Shown here: positions 19,720 to 29,014 of the stretch, in pieces
Layout of the letters: the number at the start of each line of letters is the position of its first letter
Numbering within the stretch: position 1 is the stretch's first letter
Source: a virus
Strand: one strand, 5' to 3'
DNA: 64,000 nt
IMG/VR virus record: IMGVR_UViG_3300020057_000029
Span: 32,001 to 96,000 of that record
The notes under the pieces: generated by a model
The model's input: only the letters and a program-made list of their open reading frames with translations
What the model was told of the DNA's origin: nothing
The model's database searches: none
Translations under genes and position numbers: made by a program

Positions 19720-22155
19720 ATGGCCTATAGGAAACAAGGTGCGTTAGTTGAAAGAGTGAACACCACTAATACAAGTGGCGCTACACTAACGCTTGTTGCG
19801 TCTTCTGCGTCATATCAGAGATTTACCGGCACCACTACTCACATTGTAGTTCTACCTGTCGGAACCACCATTCCTATTGGTGGCAAGTTCGCCGTCCTCA
19901 ACCGCTCCACTGGCATTGTTACTGTAAACTACAACGGTGGATCTCTAGCCGCCACTGTAAATGGTGACTCTCAGACTATCTTTCGCTGCACTGACAACTC
20001 AACCGCTGCTGGAGCTTGGGATGCTACGGTTGAGTCAAGTGGGGGTGGTTCTGTCACCCTTACTTCTCTTGAAAAACTTGGAGCATTATCAGCTCTTGCT
20101 GGTTCTTTTTACCAAGACTCTCAAACTGACGCGGTGACGTTGCAGATAAACCCCGAAGAAATCGGTGGAAATTTTTGGACTACGAAAACTCCTCTGTCTT
20201 CTGTCCGCAGATACACCGGGTCATTCACTCTGGGCGGCTTTATTTACTCCTTGGGTGGAGAGAATCCTGTTTCTACAAAAGTTACTACTGTTGAGCGTTA
20301 TAATGATGACTCTAATGCTGTTTTGGCAAGAACTGCTCTGACCACTGCCACGACTCAGGTTGGTGGATTTGCACTGACCCTTGGATATGCTTCTGGCGGA
20401 TTCCAAGCATCTCAAACCGCTGTCGTTCAAGCTTATGACGATGTGCTGGACTCATGGTCTGCAAAAGCCGCTCTACCAGCTACTAGAGCATCGTACACTC
20501 CAGCAGTGCTTGATGGGTATGGGATTTTATCTGGTGGAGACCTTTCTGGCTCTCCTACTGCCACATCTTTAATTTACGACTCTGTTGCTAATGTTTGGTA
20601 TTCAAGAGCTGATCGCCCCATCTCCAGAAGAGAAACTTTAGGCTTCGCTTCTCCAAATAAATATTATTCTATCGGCGGAGAAACTGCTGCTACGAATCTT
20701 GGTTACGCTTTTTCTTCTGTTTCCAATTCTTGGGTATCTATTGCAAATCATCCTGCCACAACTATTCAAAATGGCCCAGCTACGTTCGCCAGCGGAACCG
20801 GATACTCGATGGGTGGTCAAGGGCCAGCGTACAGCGCTGTAAACTACCGCTACAATGTAGACGCCAACTTGTGGAATACAATGTCTCCAAAACCCACTGG
20901 AGCGCATTCTAATTTAACCTCTGGTGCCTCACTTAATGGTGTAGCCTATGTGCTAGGCGGCGAGACCACCGGCGTAACCCTCATCTCCTCAATTGAGAGC
21001 TACACCCCTTTCTCCTTCTTAGCTGTCCCTCTCTCCAAGAAATCCACCTCCGCTCCAACTAGCATCTTTGTTGCCGCTGCGCTTAGTGGAGTAGTGACCA
21101 GTGTGCCAGTGAGAATCCGCACCGATGGTACAAATTGGAAGAACCTTACTGCCAACGCAGATTCAGTTTTAAAGCAGGGCGAGACTTTTGCTAAGTTTGC
21201 CGCGAATGGAAGTGGATATTACAACTACGAACTCCAGATCGGCTTGCCCACTTACTTGGCCGCTACTGGTGGTGGTCAGTGGGTAACTAAAGCAAATTTA
21301 TCTTTTGTGTCTCAACACAGTTGTTCATTTACTGTTGGGACACAAGTCTATGGGGCCTACGGGCTTGATGTTGGTGGGCGTCACAAGAAGACTCAAAGAT
21401 TTGATACTTTGCTAAATGCTTCAGTACGAGAGACTGACGGAAACCTAAGTGAAGCGTATACTGGTGGGCTAACCTCCTCGTCCACTCTTTACGGCAGAGG
21501 ATTCACTAATGGCCACAATGGTGCTGTTTTGCTTGACGGCGGTACTATGCTCTACGATACCATTCTCAAAGCGTGGACTACGGTGGCTACTGGTGGTGGC
21601 TCCGGGCAATTAAACGGAAACTTGGTGCTTAATGGTTTTGCGTATTCTGCTTCTGGTGGTCCAACAGTCCCGGCACATCAATTATCTACATATCGCTACA
21701 CCCTTTCCACGAATTCATGGAGTTCGAACATAGCCACGCTGAACAACATTCACTACGGCGGAATGATGTCGGCTCTTAATGGATTTGGTTACATGGTTGG
21801 TGGGACCAGTACAATAAACGAGAGGTTTAATGACGCTTCTGGAAGTTGGCTTACCATGGCCGCCACGGCAGCGAACGTGGAATCAGCTAGCAGTTTTGTA
21901 ATAGAAGATGGTTGGCATATTGCAGCTCCGTACAGCGGGGGTAATTCTACTATTCATTATCTCTTTAAGGACGGAATAAATGCGTGGATTAGTAAGACTG
22001 CATATCCAATATCAGCCTACGGGCCTGTTGGTGGGTCAGTAGGTAATAGCGGATATTCCATGGGGGGCAACAATGGAGCTTATCTCTCCAACGTGTACCA
22101 GTGGGCTTCAGCAATTCAAAACGTAGTCTTGGGCGCAGCCTTGAGGATTAGCTAA
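19720..22155 (+). CDS. Kelch-repeat adhesin/fibre protein 1 (2 six-bladed propellers)
   Basis: About 12 Kelch repeats (GG...Y...W spacing). N-terminal domain shared with the next two genes. Confidence 0.85.
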   Translation: MAYRKQGALVERVNTTNTSGATLTLVASSASYQRFTGTTTHIVVLPVGTTIPIGGKFAVLNRSTGIVTVNYNGGSLAATVNGDSQTIFRCTDNSTAAGAWDATVESSGGGSVTLTSLEKLGALSALAGSFYQDSQTDAVTLQINPEEIGGNFWTTKTPLSSVRRYTGSFTLGGFIYSLGGENPVSTKVTTVERYNDDSNAVLARTALTTATTQVGGFALTLGYASGGFQASQTAVVQAYDDVLDSWSAKAALPATRASYTPAVLDGYGILSGGDLSGSPTATSLIYDSVANVWYSRADRPISRRETLGFASPNKYYSIGGETAATNLGYAFSSVSNSWVSIANHPATTIQNGPATFASGTGYSMGGQGPAYSAVNYRYNVDANLWNTMSPKPTGAHSNLTSGASLNGVAYVLGGETTGVTLISSIESYTPFSFLAVPLSKKSTSAPTSIFVAAALSGVVTSVPVRIRTDGTNWKNLTANADSVLKQGETFAKFAANGSGYYNYELQIGLPTYLAATGGGQWVTKANLSFVSQHSCSFTVGTQVYGAYGLDVGGRHKKTQRFDTLLNASVRETDGNLSEAYTGGLTSSSTLYGRGFTNGHNGAVLLDGGTMLYDTILKAWTTVATGGGSGQLNGNLVLNGFAYSASGGPTVPAHQLSTYRYTLSTNSWSSNIATLNNIHYGGMMSALNGFGYMVGGTSTINERFNDASGSWLTMAATAANVESASSFVIEDGWHIAAPYSGGNSTIHYLFKDGINAWISKTAYPISAYGPVGGSVGNSGYSMGGNNGAYLSNVYQWASAIQNVVLGAALRIS
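20149..20186 (+). repeat. 38-bp exact direct repeat, copy 1 (copy 2 at 25819-25856)
   Basis: AACCCCGAAGAAATCGGTGGAAATTTTTGGACTACGAA is identical in Kelch genes 1 and 3; diverged copy at ~22584-22621. Confidence 0.95.
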
Positions 22156-25100
22156 TGAGCACTTATTATAAACTTGGAAGTTTGGTCGAGGGATTAACCT
22201 CCACCGCCACGGCGGCGGGGACCACAACGCTCACGGCCTCAAGCAGACCCATTCAGCAGTTCACCGGAACTACCACGCAGACTGTGGTGCTTCCTGATGC
22301 TACTACTTTAAGCATCGGCAGACGTTTCGATATCAACAATCGCTCCACCGGAGCAATCACCGTCAATGCTAATGGTGGGGGAGCCGTTGGGGTTGTAGCC
22401 GCCGGAACCCAGCGATATTTCTTGGTGAGCGACATTTCTTTAGCTGCCGGTGTGTGGCGCGTTGGTGGCGTAACTGGCTCTGGTGGTGGTGGTGTAACGG
22501 ATGCCGATAAGCTGAAACTGCTCCAAGGCATGGCTGGGCTAAATCTCCAGACCGACAACATCGTGGCGAAGGTTATCAAGACTAATCCCGAAGAGGTGGG
22601 TGGAAATTTTTGGATTACCAAGAGTCCTGGCACTCCTATCGGGTATGGTGGTTTTTTCTCAGCTAGTGGTTTTTATTACCAATCAACGGGACTTAATTCG
22701 GCCTCTGTTGAAACTGGAATCACCAGTAGATATTCTGATGATGATAATTACTGGCTGGCCAGGACTTCTGCTCCATCAGCAAGGTACGGCGCTATATGTT
22801 TTTCGCTGACCGATAATTATGTTGTGGGTGGAAATAACGTAAATCCCGTTACATCCAATCAATCATTTAATGTTTTAACAAATGCCTGGACTTCTAATTT
22901 GGCGCTTCCTGTGGCCACAGATTTCGGCGGCGGATTTGCCTTGAATGGTTATGGATTCATAGTTGGCGGAAGAACCACGAACTCTCTCATTGGCGTAAAC
23001 GCAGTTTATCAATACGATTCCGTTTTGAATAGCTGGACGCTGCGCTCGCCAACTTTAGCTACGGCTTCGCAAAGAAGCTATACTCAAACAGCTGACTTGG
23101 GTGGGTTTGGTTATTCTGTTGGAGGTTCTGACGCTGGGAACACGACCAACACCTCCATCGTGAACGTATACGACATAGCCACGAATTCTTGGTCAACGGC
23201 TCCAAGTATGATCACCACTCGCTCTTTCTTTGGAATTAGTAATAATGTGGTTGGCTCTATCATGGCTTTTGCTGGCTCTGTCCCTAGCAATAGCAATCTG
23301 TCTGAGCAGTTTTTTGATACTACGAAAACCTGGAAGGCCACCGCAACGCTTGGCACTGCAAAGAACTCCGTGGCAGGTGGATCTTTGAATGGCTCAGCCA
23401 TGTGTGTCGGCTCCTCAGTCTTTGCGGCCGTTGTTGAGTCTTTCATTCCCGCATCGTTCTTCAACCTTGGCTCCGTAAAAGTCTCCACTACTGCTCCGAC
23501 CAGCATCCTCGCTGCGGTATTGATGAGCGACTTGGCTTATTCCGTTCCCGTTCAGATTCGTACTGATGGCGACAGTTGGAAGACCTTTACGTCTGGTGGA
23601 AGCGTACTAAAGACTGGCGAAACACTATCTGCAAAATTCCAGCATTCTCCGGCTTCTGGAATGGTAGTTGGCGGCGCATCCACCACGTCTGAATCTTACG
23701 GAAAAAGCCAGAACGCATGGACCACTAGAGCCTCAATCCCCGCCAATCGTGGCCAATACTACGGGTTTTCTCTTAACGACAGACTTTATATAGTGGGTGG
23801 AACTGGCGGTGTGAGTTCCGGTCTCAGGTTTGACGAAATCAAAAATACATTTACTACCCTGTCTTCTTCTCTGTTGTCCGGTAAAATGAATGGAGCTGGC
23901 GCTCTCCTCAACGGCTTCGGGTATGTCACTGGTGGCGCTGCCACCAGCACAACTACGGGATTTACTGCACACGATCGCTATAATGACACCCTAGATTCCT
24001 GGTTGGCCAGAACCGGACTTACTGCGGGCAAAACGTATGTAGGCGGGACTGCTGCTGAAGGTAGAATTTTTGTTTACACTGGCTATTCGACTGGGACAAG
24101 AACCAGCAGCGGAGAAGGATACTCCGATTCTACCGACAGCTGGAGCGCAATTGCAGCTTACGGGCTTGGTATTATTGCTGAAATGCCCACCATGTCTATC
24201 GGCGGCTATGCCTATGGTTGTGGGGGGTATAACGGCTCTAACGTGTCCAGCGTATACCGCTACACACCGTCAACCAATATTTGGGCCGCGAGGACCAACC
24301 TAAATACGGCTAAATATTCCGCTGTAACATTCGTTCTCGAAGGCTTTGGGTATGTGGCAAACGGCTTCGTCGCCGGAAATTCAAACGCACTCGAAGAGCA
24401 CAACCCAGACGCCAATACCTGGACAAATAGACAAACCTCCACGTTCTCCAAGTCAGAGCTTTCTTATTCGCAAACACATACCACCCCCTACCGTAACTAC
24501 GAAATGCGCGTTGGCATCCCAGCGTTCTATGCTGGAGTGGGCGGTGGAGTGTGGGTAACGAAAACGACGAACCCATCGAACAATACTTTTAGCGCAGCCG
24601 GAACTTCTGGTTCAACGGTGTTCCTGAGCTGTTCCGCTTCTTCGGCCTCGTATGCTTATGACTACCTCTCAGATTCCTATGTGAGAATCCAGGACTACCC
24701 ACAATCCCCGCAAGGGCAGCAGAACTGCTCTATATCCACAACGGTGGGGGATATTATTTACTCCACTGGCGGACCTACAGCGTCGGCGGCTCCAGTATTC
24801 GCACTGTCTCCCTACACTCGCGTGTACACCACGCTTGCGAATATGCCGGTGTACACCAACTCCGGATGCTTTTCTGCCCTCAATGGAATGATGTACTATA
24901 TCGGCGGAAACCCTGGAGGACTGGGAGCTTCGACCCGTACACAGAAATATAACCCAACAACGAATGCGTGGACAGATCATGGCAACCTCTTGCCATCGTC
25001 TGGCGTCTACAATATTGGTGGTGCCTATAATGGATTCATTTACGTCACTGGCGGGAACAATTCCACCAACAACTACCAGTTCAATGACGCATCCGTGGCT

Positions 25101-25406
25101 TTCACATCTAAGACTGGCCCCACCGCTTCTGTAGCTCTTGGACTTGCCGCCGTTGTAAACGGAGAATACTTCACGTCAATGGGCTTCGGACCACTTACCG
25201 CTGCGTCACAATCCTACCGGGATTCTGCAAACGTGTGGGCCACTAAAACTTCTGCGCCGAGTGCTTTCCAAGACACCCAAGGTGGGACGGTCGGTGATAC
25301 CGCATTCTTCTCCGGTGGATACAATGCCGGTGGCTTCGGAACTAGCCACGCCTATGTCTCTTCAATCAAGCAAGCAGTGCTCGGCATCGCTTTAGAGGTG
25401 AAATAA
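22155..25406 (+). CDS. Kelch-repeat adhesin/fibre protein 2 (3 propellers)
   Basis: About 18 Kelch repeats in three blocks separated by conserved scaffold segments. Confidence 0.85.
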   Translation: MSTYYKLGSLVEGLTSTATAAGTTTLTASSRPIQQFTGTTTQTVVLPDATTLSIGRRFDINNRSTGAITVNANGGGAVGVVAAGTQRYFLVSDISLAAGVWRVGGVTGSGGGGVTDADKLKLLQGMAGLNLQTDNIVAKVIKTNPEEVGGNFWITKSPGTPIGYGGFFSASGFYYQSTGLNSASVETGITSRYSDDDNYWLARTSAPSARYGAICFSLTDNYVVGGNNVNPVTSNQSFNVLTNAWTSNLALPVATDFGGGFALNGYGFIVGGRTTNSLIGVNAVYQYDSVLNSWTLRSPTLATASQRSYTQTADLGGFGYSVGGSDAGNTTNTSIVNVYDIATNSWSTAPSMITTRSFFGISNNVVGSIMAFAGSVPSNSNLSEQFFDTTKTWKATATLGTAKNSVAGGSLNGSAMCVGSSVFAAVVESFIPASFFNLGSVKVSTTAPTSILAAVLMSDLAYSVPVQIRTDGDSWKTFTSGGSVLKTGETLSAKFQHSPASGMVVGGASTTSESYGKSQNAWTTRASIPANRGQYYGFSLNDRLYIVGGTGGVSSGLRFDEIKNTFTTLSSSLLSGKMNGAGALLNGFGYVTGGAATSTTTGFTAHDRYNDTLDSWLARTGLTAGKTYVGGTAAEGRIFVYTGYSTGTRTSSGEGYSDSTDSWSAIAAYGLGIIAEMPTMSIGGYAYGCGGYNGSNVSSVYRYTPSTNIWAARTNLNTAKYSAVTFVLEGFGYVANGFVAGNSNALEEHNPDANTWTNRQTSTFSKSELSYSQTHTTPYRNYEMRVGIPAFYAGVGGGVWVTKTTNPSNNTFSAAGTSGSTVFLSCSASSASYAYDYLSDSYVRIQDYPQSPQGQQNCSISTTVGDIIYSTGGPTASAAPVFALSPYTRVYTTLANMPVYTNSGCFSALNGMMYYIGGNPGGLGASTRTQKYNPTTNAWTDHGNLLPSSGVYNIGGAYNGFIYVTGGNNSTNNYQFNDASVAFTSKTGPTASVALGLAAVVNGEYFTSMGFGPLTAASQSYRDSANVWATKTSAPSAFQDTQGGTVGDTAFFSGGYNAGGFGTSHAYVSSIKQAVLGIALEVK

Positions 25407-25407
25407 T

Positions 25408-28400
25408 ATGTTTTTCAAGCAAGGCGCACTAGTAGAGCGGAGTTTGGTAACTGCCACCAGCGCAGGGACTTTGACTCTGATCAACACCTCTGAGACATAC
25501 CAAATCTTCACAGGGTCAACCACGCACACACTGAAGCTGCCAGACTCCACGACGATGCCTAATGGTCGACGCTTCGAGGTAGTCAACGCTTCCACTGGTG
25601 ATATTACTGTTCAAGATTCAACGGCGGCTGTGATCGGCACCTTGACCACTGGGATTTCTAAAATCTTTCGCCTTGCTGACAACTCCACTGCTGCTGGTAC
25701 GTTTGATATTACTGCGGCATCTTCTGGTGGTGCTGCTGCATTGTCCACTCAGGAAAGTAGTCAGTTTAATGCTCTCACAGCGAAAGGTTTCAGCCCAACT
25801 TCGGTAGTTTTGAAATACAACCCCGAAGAAATCGGTGGAAATTTTTGGACTACGAAGGCTCCTGTTTCCGTTGCCAAGGCGTGGCCCTCCAACTTTACTT
25901 TGAATGGATTTGTTTACAACGCTTTTGGTATAACAAATGCCCCCACCAACGCGACAACCAACGAGCGGTACGACACAGACTTAAACTATTTCTTAAGTAG
26001 AGCCTCCGGAATCACTGCCTGTAATACCAGGGCTCCATTCGTTCTTTCTGGGATTGCGTATGTGGTCAACGGTGACCCCAGCATCAACGCCGTTGAAAGA
26101 TACGATGACGTTCTCAATTCGTGGTCTGCTCGCACAGCGATTGGAACCGCCTTTTATGGTGCCGCGTCCTGGTCTCTTGGTTCTCTAGGCTACATTGCCG
26201 GTGGCCAAGGAAGCGGGACCACGACTTCCGCTTATGAAGCGGTGGCGAACGTATGGTCTGCCAGGGCTGCTGTCCCAGTTTCTACCACCAGGGTTTGCCA
26301 AGGCGGGTCAGAACACAATGGCTTTGGTCATATTGTCAGTGGGACTTCTGTAACCACGGTTCGCAGATACGACCCAGCATTAAATTCGTACTCTTCCTTG
26401 GCTTCCTCTACCGTTGGCCACGCCCACGGTGGAGTGGCGTCTGTGAGTGGGGTCCTTTTGGCCTCTGGTGGGGAAAATACGAGTAGCGTACATATCACCA
26501 CTGTCGAAAAATTTTATGATGGTGCTGGCGCATGGGTCACTGTTGCTCCTATTTCTCAGGCGAGAAATGGGTGTGGCGCTGTTTCCGGTGGCCTATTTAT
26601 GTCCATCAGTGGTGGTGTTGGGACTGGCGTAGCATACACGCCGGTCGAGGCATACACTTCTAATTCATTATTTACGACCGCTATCTCTTTACGATCAACC
26701 ACTACCCCTACTGCAATTTCCGCTTCAGTGATCATGAATGGCCTTACGCAGTCCGTTCCTGTTCAGATTCGTACTGATGGAGACAACTGGAAGACTATAA
26801 TGTCGAACGGTGGCAGTGCGCTGAAGACTGGTGAGACCCTCACTGCTAAGTTCCAGCACTCTCCCTCAGCGGGACTTGTTGGTGGAGCAAATGGGCTTTC
26901 CTCAAACGAATCTTTTAATGATATACAGAATTTATGGACACTTAGAACATCCTTGTCTGCTGTAAAAACTGGTGGGGCTGGCTTCACTATTGATGGCACC
27001 TCTTACATCGCTGCTGGTGAGAATGGCGCAGCAGATGCATTCACCAACGAACAATACAAGGACCTAGAGAATACCATCACCGCTAGAACTGCAATTCCAA
27101 ATACCACTGCTCTCGGTGCCAGTTTTGGCCTCAATGGATTTGGATATGCTGTGTGTGGTCGTATTAGGTCAACTCTGGCAGTCCAAACATTAAATCAGCA
27201 GTTCAACCCAGCAGCGAACTCATGGACGAATAGAGCCGCTGCCACAACGTCTTCCAGAGTATTTTTGCCAGGCACCGATCTTCAAGGATTTGGATTTATT
27301 TTCAGCGGCTACACCAATGCTACTGGTGGAGGTGGCTCAGTTATTACCTCTTCTGAAAGATATAGTGATACCACCAATGCGTGGAATACAATCTCATCAG
27401 TTGGCAGAGAGAACCACACTGCGTTTGCTCTAAACGGATTCGCATATTTCACACAAGGCGATAGCGCTCCAACTGGCGAAAATAACACTTATAAATATGA
27501 CCCAACCGCTAGCTCTTTTAGCTTAATGTCCGGTGGTCTGAACACAGCGCGTCCTAGTAGCCCTGGTTCATTTAGATTAAACGGGTACGCCTATATAACG
27601 GGTGGTTCAGGTAATACTTCCGAGAGATTCAATGTTGAGGCGAACACCTACACAAACATGGCCAACATGAACTCCTCCAGGCAGCAAATGGCCTCTCCTA
27701 ATAATGGTCCAGGTGCTTACCGTAACTACGAAATGCGCGTCGGCATTCCTGCCTACTACGCTGGAGTGGGCAATTGGGTAACGGTAACTAGAATCGCAGT
27801 CCCCGTTTCTGCTTATGGATTTGGCTTTGTACTAAGTGACCGGTCTTACCAACCTGTAGGCAATAACAACCTTTGGTATGAGCAAAACACCACTCTTAAT
27901 TCATGGGCAGCTATCGCCAACAGCACTTATTCTGCTCAGTTCAAGGCGACTTTTTCTCTGCTTGGCTTCGGATACGCAGCCGGTGGCAACACTGGACTGA
28001 CCTCGACAAGTCAATACAACCCATCGTCTGCGGTGTGGGCTTCTACTGGAACACTAAATAATTCTGTTGGATACGCGGCAGGAGCCACGCTAAACGGCTC
28101 AGGGTATTTGCTCGGTGGCCATAATGGTGGGTTGACTACCTTCATTCAGAAGTACAATCCATCATTGGGAACGTGGGCATCTGCGGGCAGCTTGAACAGC
28201 GCAAAATACAGTCTCGATGGTGATTCTTGTGCCGGGTTTATATACCTGGGTGGCAATTCAAGCTTGGCTTTTGAGCGATACAATGACGTGACCCAAACAA
28301 CCACCTTAATGGCCACTGTATTGGTGGCTGACGACACAGATGGAATGGCTGGGTGTAAGGGCGATAAGTTTTACTACTTGGGTGGGTCGGCTGGGTCACC

Positions 28401-28596
28401 GAGGGTTTCCGAATACAGCACCCAGGGGAATTTCTGGACCATTAAACCATCCATCACCAACCGCTATTATATCGCTGGTGGCAACATTGGCGGAAATTTC
28501 TACCTATCTGGCGGAAACACCGGTCTCACAACAAATGAAGCCTACGTGGATTCACTAAAACAAGCGGTCCTGTCCGCAGGGCTGAACATCTCTTAA
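25408..28596 (+). CDS. Kelch-repeat adhesin/fibre protein 3 (3 propellers)
   Basis: Same architecture as protein 2. Confidence 0.85.
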   Translation: MFFKQGALVERSLVTATSAGTLTLINTSETYQIFTGSTTHTLKLPDSTTMPNGRRFEVVNASTGDITVQDSTAAVIGTLTTGISKIFRLADNSTAAGTFDITAASSGGAAALSTQESSQFNALTAKGFSPTSVVLKYNPEEIGGNFWTTKAPVSVAKAWPSNFTLNGFVYNAFGITNAPTNATTNERYDTDLNYFLSRASGITACNTRAPFVLSGIAYVVNGDPSINAVERYDDVLNSWSARTAIGTAFYGAASWSLGSLGYIAGGQGSGTTTSAYEAVANVWSARAAVPVSTTRVCQGGSEHNGFGHIVSGTSVTTVRRYDPALNSYSSLASSTVGHAHGGVASVSGVLLASGGENTSSVHITTVEKFYDGAGAWVTVAPISQARNGCGAVSGGLFMSISGGVGTGVAYTPVEAYTSNSLFTTAISLRSTTTPTAISASVIMNGLTQSVPVQIRTDGDNWKTIMSNGGSALKTGETLTAKFQHSPSAGLVGGANGLSSNESFNDIQNLWTLRTSLSAVKTGGAGFTIDGTSYIAAGENGAADAFTNEQYKDLENTITARTAIPNTTALGASFGLNGFGYAVCGRIRSTLAVQTLNQQFNPAANSWTNRAAATTSSRVFLPGTDLQGFGFIFSGYTNATGGGGSVITSSERYSDTTNAWNTISSVGRENHTAFALNGFAYFTQGDSAPTGENNTYKYDPTASSFSLMSGGLNTARPSSPGSFRLNGYAYITGGSGNTSERFNVEANTYTNMANMNSSRQQMASPNNGPGAYRNYEMRVGIPAYYAGVGNWVTVTRIAVPVSAYGFGFVLSDRSYQPVGNNNLWYEQNTTLNSWAAIANSTYSAQFKATFSLLGFGYAAGGNTGLTSTSQYNPSSAVWASTGTLNNSVGYAAGATLNGSGYLLGGHNGGLTTFIQKYNPSLGTWASAGSLNSAKYSLDGDSCAGFIYLGGNSSLAFERYNDVTQTTTLMATVLVADDTDGMAGCKGDKFYYLGGSAGSPRVSEYSTQGNFWTIKPSITNRYYIAGGNIGGNFYLSGGNTGLTTNEAYVDSLKQAVLSAGLNIS
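25819..25856 (+). repeat. 38-bp exact direct repeat, copy 2
   Basis: Identical to 20149-20186. Confidence 0.95.
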
Positions 28597-28604
28597 GGAG
28601 CAAA

Positions 28605-28904
28605 ATGCTACGATGTGCAAAAAATAGTAATGGCGTGATTATCGCTATGGGCAATGACGAGAACCAATCTGGTAACTATCCCTCTGAGGGAGCCGTGATG
28701 GGTACCTGGTGCTCCTGGACTGTGGCAGAGGGAGATCTTCCATCATTCTCTCCAGTAGACGGTGCCGACGAACGCGCCTTTCGATTTGAAGAAAATCTAG
28801 ATGGCGATGGCATCGAATTACGCACAGACGAAGAAATTATCGCAACGCCAGACGGCATTGAATTGCCGCCAGACGAAGAAATTCCCGTAACGCCAGACGA
28901 ATAG
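28605..28904 (+). CDS. Small acidic protein, possible fibre assembly chaperone
   Basis: AAGGAG RBS, very acidic, directly after the fibre genes. Function inferred from position only. Confidence 0.6.
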   Translation: MLRCAKNSNGVIIAMGNDENQSGNYPSEGAVMGTWCSWTVAEGDLPSFSPVDGADERAFRFEENLDGDGIELRTDEEIIATPDGIELPPDEEIPVTPDE

Positions 28905-28920
28905 ATACGATATATAATAT

Positions 28921-29010
28921 GTAGGCATTTCGCTTACAGCTCTTATGAGGTTTGAGAACACTATCCTGTTTAGTGTTGCTCTGCTCATAAGGGGAAACAT
29001 GAACAGGAGT
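28921..29010 (+). promoter_or_regulatory. Structured 5' leader with anti-Shine-Dalgarno loop
   Basis: Hairpin 28921-28937. Long hairpin 28940-28993 whose loop TCCTGTT (28964-28970) complements AACAGGA (29002-29008) in the RBS. Confidence 0.55.
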
Positions 29011-29014
29011 AAAT

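Noticed and set aside
2318-28337. Many short minus-strand ORFs inside structural genes, and plus-strand ORFs inside the replication arm
   Set aside because: Fully overlapped by long motif-bearing genes on the opposite strand and show no recognisable features.
19720-28596. Diversity-generating retroelement or invertase shufflon acting on the adhesins
   Set aside because: No reverse transcriptase, no TR/VR pair differing at adenines, no inverted cassettes and no site-specific recombinase in the window.
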